A stretch of 64,000 nt of DNA, taken from the IMG/VR virus record IMGVR_UViG_3300017814_000143. One strand, given 5' to 3'. Under the pieces are notes generated by a model. That model made no database searches. It had not been told where the DNA came from and saw only the letters and a list, made by a program, of their open reading frames with translations. Shown in pieces: positions 9,501 to 17,559 of the stretch; positions within the stretch are counted from its first letter, which is position 1, and every line of letters begins with the position of its first letter. The translations under genes were made by a program, and so were the position numbers. Source of the stretch: an uncultured virus (IMG/VR IMGVR_UViG_3300017814_000143) (taxonomy: Duplodnaviria > Heunggongvirae > Uroviricota > Caudoviricetes).

Positions 9501-9688
9501 TCCGCGAAGCGAATCGTGTATGGCCTCTCCCCTGGCTTAAGCGTTGGGTACTGCTGGACTACGCGTGTCTCGACGTCGATGGCCGTATAACCGACCTTGA
9601 GCATCTCTTCATATCGAGGGTTCGAATCCTCATATGCATAAATCATCGGCTGAGCAGCGGGTCGCTGAGGAAAGAAGGAGTCACTCAT
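6596..9688 (-). CDS. Restriction-type nuclease-helicase: GIY-YIG/T5orf172-like domain + SF2 helicase + C-terminal extension
   Basis: IYAY..LKVGYT...EWF; AKMRFGKT, DEYH, LSGTP, QAAFRVQ; ATG 9688 overlaps MTase stop. Confidence 0.8.
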   Translation of the reverse strand: MSDSFFPQRPAAQPMIYAYEDSNPRYEEMLKVGYTAIDVETRVVQQYPTLKPGERPYTIRFAESAVRSDGSSFMDHEVHDNLEKNGFYRLRDASGKKTEWFRCTVDDVRAAWLAVRDRTENVERRTLDFKMRPEQEQAVEKTMAFYRRAETGAHLAPKFLWNAKMRFGKTFATYELAKRMGFRRVLVLTFKPAVRTAWYDDLTEHVDFEGWQFVTRDGMQYEEADPARPIVCFGSFQDFLMPDRGTGQIKPRNEWVHLEDWDLVVFDEYHFGAWNDNARSLFRQEDEDELNTVSEDTVDTSVGCTNTGNEVDEGDLPIATKYYLFLSGTPFRALNSGEFIEDQVFNWTYSDEQRAKRNWEGPDNPYESLPRMVMLTYQMPKEIHDIALGGEFDSFDLNAFFEARDEGDDAEFVLKDYVQKWLDLIRGAYLPSSVDDLKLGAERPPMPYSDTRLLNVLNHTLWYLPRVNSCFAMRNLLAEKQNVFFHDYTVNVCAGTAAGIGPAALDKVQETMQDPLRSKTITLTCGKLTTGVTVRPWTGIFMLTNMRSPESYFQAAFRVQSPWVIDGEHGREIEKRECYVFDFALDRALRMVSSYSLRLSVDGTGPEQKVGEFIDFLPVLAYDGSTMHQVSASEILDIAMAGTSATLLARRWESALLVNVDNDTLRRLMGNEDAMRALMNIEGFRALGGDILETIVNRSEGIKKAKRERQDMTSEEHRELSEEERELRGKRKQVQEKLIKFATRIPVFMYLTDFREQCLKDVITQLEPGLFKKVTGLTVPDFDLLVSLGVFNDGLMNDAVYKFRRYEDSSLEYTGINKHEGERVGLFDTTLSEFDYLQMKQEETLRGGAVTDADAGIRAPRRAVRIVDSTSDGKPLTVDAVVTNGGNDWVVASLRKGGFRFVDHRDERGNLWVIGGRAIEDRLKPLFDHGAGFKFKAGGTKVTHGKDAWWLSGYPERQDVAAKNDEEPVITQDQLDALDAGGIVFHRAFGRGVIDSIDSGQITVTFDDDRKRERAFIYPGTFFQGLLRIG

Positions 9689-11207
9689 CTTCTTCGCCGC
9701 CAGCGTACGGTATCTCTCGTATTGACTCCTCGATGCTATGGATTTCATTCGGCGTCAAACCGTATTTTTGATATAGAGCATCGTCGGTCCACTCTTCTTC
9801 AACATCCGGAATCGGACACAGCGCAAAACGAGACTTGGTCAAGTGTTGGCCAACCATCAATTGAGAGATTAGGTATCTCGGAAGTCGCAAGGACAGGTAC
9901 CTCTTTAGATTCTCCGCCTCCTGCTCAGTAGAATACGATCCATACACCAGATAGGTTTCCGTACAGATGGTGCCTGGCGGAAGGATGCGCATCACAGACA
10001 GAACCTTGCGTCTTCCCTCCCTATCAGCGCGGCCGGCATGATCAAATGCAACATACGAGGCAACGACTTTCCATTTGTCGATCAAGTCGGCTCCAGTTGA
10101 AACCAACGAACGTTCATATGGACCAGTTCCGTCTATATATCTGAGACGAATATCACCATGACTCAATGGTTTAACGTTTGTCGCGAGGCCAAACGGCTTA
10201 CGACTAGAGACCTGATTATCCATGGTTGGTTCCTTCAGAGCTCCAACCTTCTGAATGATACTCATTGCTTCTGAATCACGAATAAAGACGCTATACTCGT
10301 TCAACTTGCGTTTCGCAATAACGGAGCTGTTATTTCTTACAGTCTTTACCTCGCAAAGGGAAGCTTCAGTATCCCTCTCATACAAGAAGTAGCAAACCCC
10401 TCCCGCGATGTCCACGCCCGGAAAGCAGTCTTTCGAGTCGGGGTAGTCCACCAGATGCGTGATGTGGGAGTCCTCGAGCATCTCACCCCTAAACGAGTCG
10501 AGTCCCTTTCCTCCCGCATACCAGCGTGCGGGAATAATCATAGTCAAATAGCGAGGTTCTAGCCTCTTTGCCTGATGGACAAACAGCTGATAGATAGGAC
10601 GAGCGCTGGCGTTATTGCCACCATCGTTTAGTTGATAGGGCGGATTCCCAATAATGACATCAAACTTCATATTAAATAGCTCCTCTGGCTTGCGTGAATG
10701 AATAAGTTCATAGGCGTAGGTTTCTGAACCATCCACGCGATCAAGTTGCTCCTGTGAAGCTCCGCAATACTCGCATCTTCCGTCGCGCCACTTGTGCTCG
10801 CAACGCCTATAGCGCACGTTACCGTCGGCTACATCGAATTGTACGACCGAGTACTTACAGTTAGGGTACTTCGAACAATAAAGACTCCTACGTGAAAGCA
10901 GGCTGCACAGCTCGGTCGTTGCAATGCCAAAGATTTGCTTTTTGAAGATATGGTCCAGCCGCTCCTGAAGCTCGGGAATCTCGTCCTGTAACCCATCGAT
11001 AAGGCGCTTCGCAATCTCCCTCAGGAACACTCCCGACTTACAACATGGGTCGAGGAAGGTAACGTCCGGATCGTGCCAAATGCCCTCCGGGAGCATGTCC
11101 AGGACCTGGTCGGCAAGGTCTGGCGGGGTGAATACCTCATCGTTGCTCAGGTTCGCCAAGCAACTGAGCACGTCAGGGTTGTAAGTCTGCTCGAAAAGGT
11201 CACTCAC
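9681..11207 (-). CDS. Amino-DNA methyltransferase, Eco57I-like, with C-terminal target-recognition region
   Basis: EVFTP, FLDPCCKSGVF, DVIIGNPPY, IIPARW; 3' half visibly lower in GC. Confidence 0.85.
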   Translation of the reverse strand: MSDLFEQTYNPDVLSCLANLSNDEVFTPPDLADQVLDMLPEGIWHDPDVTFLDPCCKSGVFLREIAKRLIDGLQDEIPELQERLDHIFKKQIFGIATTELCSLLSRRSLYCSKYPNCKYSVVQFDVADGNVRYRRCEHKWRDGRCEYCGASQEQLDRVDGSETYAYELIHSRKPEELFNMKFDVIIGNPPYQLNDGGNNASARPIYQLFVHQAKRLEPRYLTMIIPARWYAGGKGLDSFRGEMLEDSHITHLVDYPDSKDCFPGVDIAGGVCYFLYERDTEASLCEVKTVRNNSSVIAKRKLNEYSVFIRDSEAMSIIQKVGALKEPTMDNQVSSRKPFGLATNVKPLSHGDIRLRYIDGTGPYERSLVSTGADLIDKWKVVASYVAFDHAGRADREGRRKVLSVMRILPPGTICTETYLVYGSYSTEQEAENLKRYLSLRLPRYLISQLMVGQHLTKSRFALCPIPDVEEEWTDDALYQKYGLTPNEIHSIEESIREIPYAGGEEDE

Positions 11208-11874
11208 CGTTACTCACCTCGTAAAAGCTCATAAGGGGATACTCCTTGATTGGCAAGGGGATATATGCCTTTGTCTCCTCGTCATACTCCCATTTCGTGG
11301 CAGCGCTGCCGCTCGCGCCGAAGAGAGACGGCTGCTCATCATGGCCCTCCAACATCTCGTCGAGCCTGAAATCCCGCCGCTTGACCTTATCGCCAGTGAC
11401 AAGGGACCATTCCGAGAAGATGATGGGCTCGCCGTCGTCGGCCTTGAGGCTCAGAGCGTCGCCACACAGGATGTTGCGCGAAAAGACGTACCTGATTGCA
11501 GGAAGAAAGAGAGGGCTTGTGCCCTTCTTGGCAACCTTCTCGTAGGCATCCTTGACGATACCGAAGAGCCGATCACGACACTCCTGCACATTGTCTGCCA
11601 GAAGCTCGACGCCGTAGAGGCTACCCACCGCGACGAAGGCATACTTCTCGTACTCGGGCAGGCTCCTGAAATAGCGCCCCCTGACCACCTCGAGCTTCCG
11701 CCGAAGCACCTCGGCCAGGAAGTTCCCGTTGCCGCACGCGGGTTCGAGGAACCGCGACTCGATGCGCTCGGTCTCCTGCTTGACCATATCCAGCATGGCG
11801 TTCACCTCGCGCTCGCTGGTGAACACCTCACCGTGGTCGACAACCCTCTGCTTTGATTTGACTTGTGCTGCCAT
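11200..11874 (-). CDS. Short SAM-binding DNA methyltransferase-like subunit
   Basis: HGEVFT, FLEPACGNGNFL, YGVEL, NILCGDAL; no NPPY motif; ATG 11874. Confidence 0.75.
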   Translation of the reverse strand: MAAQVKSKQRVVDHGEVFTSEREVNAMLDMVKQETERIESRFLEPACGNGNFLAEVLRRKLEVVRGRYFRSLPEYEKYAFVAVGSLYGVELLADNVQECRDRLFGIVKDAYEKVAKKGTSPLFLPAIRYVFSRNILCGDALSLKADDGEPIIFSEWSLVTGDKVKRRDFRLDEMLEGHDEQPSLFGASGSAATKWEYDEETKAYIPLPIKEYPLMSFYEVSNGE

Positions 11875-12245
11875 CAAACCCCCAATGGAATGTTTAACCC
11901 CTTCAGGATACCGCCGAATGCGGACAGATATGGCCCATGAAGTGATATGCCCTTCAACGGCAGACGACCTGAAAGGAGAAGGCCAGGGCTCCATTTCATG
12001 AGCTAAGGCGGCTTGGCGTGCACGCGAGCTGAGGCGGACAACTCGGTTGCGTTCTCGACACAACCAGGTACCGCTTGCATCGCAATCATGAGGAGGTCCC
12101 GACCATGGATTATCGTACCAGCATCGGACCCGACGTCCACGCCCGCTCAATCAAGGCAGCCGATATGGCCCACTGATCTTGGCATACTCCTAGGTTCCCT
12201 TTCGGGTCGCCTTGATGTCCAAGGTCCATGGGTCACATCGAAATC

Positions 12246-12277
12246 AAAAAGAGGCAGACGGACAAGCCGTCTACCTC
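12246..12277 (-). terminator. Intrinsic terminator downstream of tRNA-Val fragment
   Basis: Stem 12251-12261/12267-12277 followed by T5 on minus strand. Confidence 0.75.
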
Positions 12278-12284
12278 GGTGTTT

Positions 12285-12329
12285 TGGTGGGCGTTGCAAG
12301 ATTTGAACTTGCGACCTCTTCCGTGTCAG
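12285..12329 (-). mobile_element. att site: 3' half of tRNA-Val(GAC)
   Basis: Minus strand CTGACACGGAAGAGGTCGCAAGTTCAAATCTTGCAACGCCCACCA has anticodon loop, T arm and CCA; 5' half absent; integrase adjacent. Confidence 0.85.
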
Positions 12330-12444
12330 CGGTTCCTCATGCGGTTTCCGCCATGTTCGCACAGAGCTAATTCGTTCGTTTCGGCTGCTAAATGGCTATG
12401 TCTACATTTTCGCCTTGTTCGCACGGGTATGATTTGCGCGGCGA

Positions 12445-12478
12445 GTTAGTGGACTGTTAGTGGACTACCTTGTGGACT
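12445..12478 (+). repeat. Candidate integrase arm-binding direct repeats
   Basis: GTTAGTGGACT twice in tandem plus TTGTGGACT, between att and integrase. Confidence 0.65.
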
Positions 12479-12510
12479 GTACGAATTCCTATGTGCGAAA
12501 AAGAGGAGCG

Positions 12511-13689
12511 ATGGAATACACGGCTGGGAAGGTGCGCCACGTCCGGGACGACATCTATCAAGCGCGTTACACATGGTACGAGGAGAGGCACGGGAAGAAG
12601 GTTGCCCACCAGGTCGCCCGCAACTTTCGGGCCGGATCGAAGCGAGAGGCCGAGCAGCGCAGGGCAGCCATCCACTCTGAGCTAGAGCGCAAGGCCGAGA
12701 TTGACCGCCTTATTCCCGCAGCAAAGCTTCCTGCCCAGACTGGCATCGCGGACTACCTTTATTCGTATGCTCGGATGCGAGAGGGCTCGGGCGCGGTGGA
12801 GAAGACTACGCTCGCGAACTACCGCTCGAACACCAAGCACATCTTGCGTTACATCCACGATGTGCCCATCTCCGGTATCACTGGCGAAATGGTGCTACGC
12901 ATGGACGAGATGCTTCTCGCAGACGGCCTCGTGCCAGACACGGTATCGGCGGCACATCGCTTCCTCAAGCAGGTTCTCGACCACGCCGAGGACGTCGGCG
13001 ACATAGAGAAGAACCCCATCACCCGCGCCGTGAAGCCACCCAAGCGCCAGCGGCGCGAGCCCAACGGCCTCGACGACGAGAGCCGCAGACACCTGATGAC
13101 CCTCGTGGACGAGATGGACGACACACCTCTCACCCTCGCCATAAGGCTCGGCCTCACGGCGGGCCTGCGTAACGAGGAGGCGGTCGGCCTCAAGTGGCAG
13201 CACATCGACTTCGCCGCGGGCATCATGCACATACGAAACTGCATAACCCTCGCCGACGGAAAGGTTGTTGAGAAGGGCACCAAGACCGCAGCCGGGTGGC
13301 GCGACATCCCGTTCGACCCCGACCTCGCCTGTAGGCTCAAGCTGCGCATGGCTGACATGGGCATAAAGGCCACGAAGCCCCTGCGCGACCTCTACGTTCT
13401 CGGCGAGGCAGACGGCTCCTTCTATCACCCCACCTTCCTCTCACGCGACTTCTCGGCGCTGGTTCGACAGTACGGTCTCATGGGCACCCAGGGCAAGAAG
13501 CCGACGTTCTATAGTCTTCGCCACACCTTCGCCACCGTGGCCCTGCGCAGCGGCATCGACGTCAAGACCGTGTCGAGCCTCATGGGCCACAGCTCGGTGG
13601 CCGAGACTCTGAACACCTACGCGACGACAGACCCCGCTGCCAGGGCGGCGGCGGGGTCTGTGATAGCGCGGGCCATGGCCGAGCGTTAG
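12511..13689 (+). CDS. int: Tyrosine integrase
   Basis: GLRNEEAVGLKW, SLRHTFAT, LMGHSS, TLNTY; AGAGGAG RBS. Confidence 0.93.
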   Translation: MEYTAGKVRHVRDDIYQARYTWYEERHGKKVAHQVARNFRAGSKREAEQRRAAIHSELERKAEIDRLIPAAKLPAQTGIADYLYSYARMREGSGAVEKTTLANYRSNTKHILRYIHDVPISGITGEMVLRMDEMLLADGLVPDTVSAAHRFLKQVLDHAEDVGDIEKNPITRAVKPPKRQRREPNGLDDESRRHLMTLVDEMDDTPLTLAIRLGLTAGLRNEEAVGLKWQHIDFAAGIMHIRNCITLADGKVVEKGTKTAAGWRDIPFDPDLACRLKLRMADMGIKATKPLRDLYVLGEADGSFYHPTFLSRDFSALVRQYGLMGTQGKKPTFYSLRHTFATVALRSGIDVKTVSSLMGHSSVAETLNTYATTDPAARAAAGSVIARAMAER

Positions 13690-14930
13690 GACTCGTTGGA
13701 GGCGCTGCGCTCCCTGATTTTGGCCCTCTCGGCGCGGGCCCACTGCGTCTCGTGCTTCTTGCAGCAAAACCTGGCTTTGGTGGTGCGGTGGGCCTTCGTG
13801 GCCTCATCCATGGCCGCCCTCTCGGAGGAAATCGGCCCCACCTCGCGCTGCTCGTATTTGAATGGCCTTCCGCAGATGGAGCACTCCTTCCACTCGTTTC
13901 CGTCCGCAAGGTACTCGAGCAGCTGCGCGACTATCGCCTGGGCGAGAGAACCCACAGGATCCCGCGGATGGGCGAACCTCCCCCTCCTGAGCTCGGGGGT
14001 GAGAATCATCGACTTGTTGCCGCCATTGCGGGTGAGGCACATGTCCATGAACGGATAAATCCAGTCAAGCAGCCTATCGAACTCGCCCTCGGCCTTGTGG
14101 TCCCTGTATAGCCCCCAGGCCTTCGAGTCGTCCTTGTCCGTGGGGATATACGGCCCGCTAAGCAGTCTGTATGCCTTCCGCATGTTCGGGTCAAGCTCTA
14201 TTGCACTCCTGTACGCTGCGCTGTAGTCATCGCCGAAACGATTGAGGGCGATGGAAAGGGCACATCCCATCTGCAACATCGCCGTAGTCCGACGGATGTC
14301 CTCGATGGAAACCAGGACACCATCCGACTTGTCACCCTCTTCAACCCGAACCATGGCGACCACGTCACTCGCCATGGAGTTCTCCTCGTGCCCGAACGCC
14401 TTTAGGAGTCCAAGGTCGGCCTCGTAGAGCCGGGTGTTCTCCGCCGACGAGTGAAGGCCGTCATACCACAGGTCCATCCCGACGCTGATGGGGTCGATGG
14501 CCTGGGTGCTGTCTCGGCCACGCCGGTCGTGCCTGATGAGACCCCCGAGGAGACCCTCACGGGGCTTGCGGCTAGAGGCGCGGCTGCTGTAGGCGCCGGC
14601 GTCATACCCAGAATCAGCCAGCCTCGCGAGCATTCTGTCGTAAGACCCCGCGAAGGGGCTGACCAAGGGGCCGTAGGTGTTGCAGAGCTCGACGAGAGCG
14701 TCGTCATCGGTCACATCGAGCGCCAGAAGCTGGGCCGTTAGGAACGAAGTCGGCAGAAGCCTTGCCATGGGAGGTCTTTTCGCGTTCCCCAAAGTTTTTA
14801 TTTCGACGAACCTGCCGGGCCAGTCGTAGCCCATTCCCTGATAGGGAGTTTCGACGATCCGGCACGAGAAAAGCGGCCATGGCTCGACAACGGCCGAGGT
14901 GGATGACGCGTAGCTGGCTGACCTATCCAT
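13686..14930 (-). CDS. Hypothetical protein with C-terminal CGNR-like zinc finger
   Basis: CSICGRPF...RFCCKKH; GGAGGA RBS before ATG 14930. Confidence 0.6.
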   Translation of the reverse strand: MDRSASYASSTSAVVEPWPLFSCRIVETPYQGMGYDWPGRFVEIKTLGNAKRPPMARLLPTSFLTAQLLALDVTDDDALVELCNTYGPLVSPFAGSYDRMLARLADSGYDAGAYSSRASSRKPREGLLGGLIRHDRRGRDSTQAIDPISVGMDLWYDGLHSSAENTRLYEADLGLLKAFGHEENSMASDVVAMVRVEEGDKSDGVLVSIEDIRRTTAMLQMGCALSIALNRFGDDYSAAYRSAIELDPNMRKAYRLLSGPYIPTDKDDSKAWGLYRDHKAEGEFDRLLDWIYPFMDMCLTRNGGNKSMILTPELRRGRFAHPRDPVGSLAQAIVAQLLEYLADGNEWKECSICGRPFKYEQREVGPISSERAAMDEATKAHRTTKARFCCKKHETQWARAERAKIRERSASNES

Positions 14931-15076
14931 AGCTCCTCCATTCGAGTTGGAACGCAGCGTTCGCTGCGTTCGTACGTTCCATCTTAGTTCATTGTACACC
15001 AAAAGAATTTGGAACATCGCTGGTAGTTGGGTAAAGTTTTAGCCGAACCACAAACCCACCAGCGAAGGGAACGGAC

Positions 15077-15307
15077 ATGGACCAGTCAGGCAAAATCCCC
15101 AAATCGCTCCGCGAGCGCCCCGAGTGGCTTTCCGCACGCGACCTCATGGAAGTCTTCGGCATCGGCCGGACACGAGCCAACGAGGTCGTGAACGATTTTC
15201 CGCATATTTACGTCGGTACGCGCGAGAAGCGGATCCATCAGCGCACAGTCGGCGACTTCTTGCGCGTCCACCACCGCCTCCCGTACAAGGGAGAGCTTCA
15301 TGGCTAG
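15077..15307 (+). CDS. Small HTH protein, excisionase-like
   Basis: WLSARDLMEVFGIGRTRA; position in element. Confidence 0.6.
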   Translation: MDQSGKIPKSLRERPEWLSARDLMEVFGIGRTRANEVVNDFPHIYVGTREKRIHQRTVGDFLRVHHRLPYKGELHG

Positions 15308-15465
15308 ATGCTCGCAGGACCTTGGCCTTCGCGCTCCCGGCTGCGGGCCGGGAAGGGCTCCACCCGATTCACCCGCACCCCGAACGAACCCGGAAACATG
15401 GGGCGGCGGCAGACCCTAGGAAGTTACGCCGCCGTCCCGCCAACCCATTCAGGAATGGAGTCAAC

Positions 15466-15681
15466 ATGGAATATTTTACTACAGTTAACCGCCTTCGCCT
15501 CAACGCGATGCTCCAGGATTTCGGACTTGACAAACCCCTGGACGAGCATGACCTCGCGCTCCAGCTCCTCAATACTGAGCTGCGCCTCAAGCGCAACGAG
15601 GCGGACATCGCCGCGCTCATCGACCTGCTCCAGGGGCACGGCATGTACCTGGAGGACTTCAACTTTGAAGGCGGGTGCTAG
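15466..15681 (+). CDS. Hypothetical protein
   Basis: GGAG RBS; abuts vapE-like gene. Confidence 0.5.
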   Translation: MEYFTTVNRLRLNAMLQDFGLDKPLDEHDLALQLLNTELRLKRNEADIAALIDLLQGHGMYLEDFNFEGGC

Positions 15682-15683
15682 CC

Positions 15684-16937
15684 ATGGCCTTCGCTACTAA
15701 CGACAGCAACATCATCAAGGTGGGCGCGGTACCTCCCGGGACCGCCCCCACGCCGCCCGAGCGCAGGGCACCGACCGTCAACGAGGTTGTCCGCGCCCTG
15801 GAGCAGATGGGCCTCGCCCTCGGCTACGACAAGCTCGCCAACGAACCCGCCAAGACCGGCCCCCTGCCCTGGGACGAGGTGACGGGTACCAGAGCGTGGG
15901 CAGAGCTCGACGACGCCGAGCTCTATGCCCTCCTTCAGGGCAGGCTCGGCCTCCGGAGCGAGAAGGCCCTCGCCTGCGCGACCACCATCTATGCCCACCG
16001 CCACGCCTACGACCCGCTCACTGCCATGCTCGACGGCATCGAGTGGGACGGCGCCGAGCGCGCGGGCACGCTTCTCACCAGATATCTCGGCGTCATGCCC
16101 ACACCCTACACCGTCGCGGCAGAGCAGGTCTTTCTCTGCGGTGGCGTCGAGCGTGCCTATCGCCCAGGCTGCAAGTACGACTACGTCTTGACGCTCGTCG
16201 GCCCCGGCGGCATCGGGAAATCGACCTTCGGACGCCGCCTCGCCCTGCGCGGCAAGTACTTCTGCGACTCAGTATACGACCTGGGAAACGTCAAGGCAAC
16301 CGGCGAGGTGCTTCGCGGGAAGTGGGTCGTCGAGCTTGCCGAGCTGACCGGAATCAGCGGCCGCTCCCTCGAGGCCGTGAAGGCCGGGGTGACCCGTCAG
16401 GCCGACACTTTCCGCATCGCCTACGGCAGGCGCTCCGCTGACTTCCAGCGCCGCGCCGTCTTCATCGCGACGACGAACACCGTGGGCTTCATCGCCGAAA
16501 AATCGTCCGGTGCCCGGCGCTTCCTGCCCGTGCTCTGCGGCGCGGTCCCGCCGACGGGCTCCGTCTTCTCGCGCGAGTTCGCACGCGACGCAGCTCAGGC
16601 CTGGGCGGAGGTGCGGACGTGGCGCGAGACCGGCGACCCCCGCTTCTCGCTCGCACTCGCCCCCGACATGGAAGCCGAGGCCACCCGGCAGCGCGAGGGC
16701 TTCCTCGAGGACGACCCGCGCGTCGAGGCGGTGAACGAATATCTGTGCTCAAACCGCGACCACCCGGTCTGCACGCGCGAGCTTGCGGACAGGGCACTCC
16801 ACGTCGAGCCCACGGCGAAGCTCTACAAGGAACTCTCGGCCATCCTCACCGACCAATGCCCCGGCTGGAGGTACGACGGCAAACGCTGCTGCGGTCTCTA
16901 CAATAAGCAGCGCTGCTGGGTCTACCGCCCCGAGTAG
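15684..16937 (+). CDS. VapE-family P-loop NTPase (replication helicase-like)
   Basis: WDGAER, PGCKYDY, GPGGIGKST, WVVELAEL, FIATTN, GARRF. Confidence 0.85.
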   Translation: MAFATNDSNIIKVGAVPPGTAPTPPERRAPTVNEVVRALEQMGLALGYDKLANEPAKTGPLPWDEVTGTRAWAELDDAELYALLQGRLGLRSEKALACATTIYAHRHAYDPLTAMLDGIEWDGAERAGTLLTRYLGVMPTPYTVAAEQVFLCGGVERAYRPGCKYDYVLTLVGPGGIGKSTFGRRLALRGKYFCDSVYDLGNVKATGEVLRGKWVVELAELTGISGRSLEAVKAGVTRQADTFRIAYGRRSADFQRRAVFIATTNTVGFIAEKSSGARRFLPVLCGAVPPTGSVFSREFARDAAQAWAEVRTWRETGDPRFSLALAPDMEAEATRQREGFLEDDPRVEAVNEYLCSNRDHPVCTRELADRALHVEPTAKLYKELSAILTDQCPGWRYDGKRCCGLYNKQRCWVYRPE

Positions 16938-16943
16938 GTGCCC

Positions 16944-17105
16944 CAAGGGGTCGGTGCGAACCGGCACCGACCCCTTGTGTCTACCCATGTACCTGCCGTT
17001 CTAACCCGTGGTGCCGATGGTGCCGCAAGGAGGGGCGAGACATACAAGGCCTCCCGGGCGCCAGGGCAACAAGGTTTCGCCCGGTTCCCCGGCACCATCG
17101 GCACC
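16944..17105. repeat. Inverted-repeat cluster, candidate replication origin
   Basis: 14-bp hairpin 16944-16977; 16-bp IR at 17010-17025/17090-17105. Confidence 0.5.
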
Positions 17106-17203
17106 CACCACGGAAAGACCAGCTGGCGCACGTGAAGCAGAAGCCCCCTGGGGCTCCGCATCGGCACCGGATGCGGCCCCATCACAAAGACAGGAAGACG
17201 AAC

Positions 17204-17548
17204 ATGGACAGACGCGACAAGCGCATAGACATAAGGGTCACCGAGAGGGAGCGCCGATCGATCGCGTCGCGCGCCCGCAGGGCCGGCGAGCCCGTCTCTG
17301 CCTACGTCAGGAGGGCCGCCCTCCGCCGTGACGCCGACCCCACGGCGGCGGTCGAGGTCGATGGCAGGGAGCTTGCGAGCGCCCACGCAGACCTCAAGAG
17401 ATGCGGAGGCCTCCTGAACCAATACATGCATGCGGTCAACCGCTACGGCCTGACCTCATTCGATGCCCAGCCGATCGAGTCGGCGGCCGCAGAGGTCGCC
17501 CGCGCGGCGGCGGACGTCGCGGCGGCAATCAAGATCACGCGAAGCTAG
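17204..17548 (+). CDS. mobC: MobC-like ribbon-helix-helix relaxosome protein
   Basis: IDIRVTERE..SAYVRRAAL; LKRCGGLLNQ. Confidence 0.8.
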   Translation: MDRRDKRIDIRVTERERRSIASRARRAGEPVSAYVRRAALRRDADPTAAVEVDGRELASAHADLKRCGGLLNQYMHAVNRYGLTSFDAQPIESAAAEVARAAADVAAAIKITRS

Positions 17549-17559
17549 GAGGAGACAAC

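Noticed and set aside
11875..12150. N-terminal extension of ORF 11200-12150
   Set aside because: Non-protein-like; recognisable sequence starts at ATG 11874.
12285..12329. Functional tRNA-Val (and tRNA-Lys at 36950-36996)
   Set aside because: Only 3' halves are present; 5' anticodon stem, D arm and 5' acceptor strand are missing.
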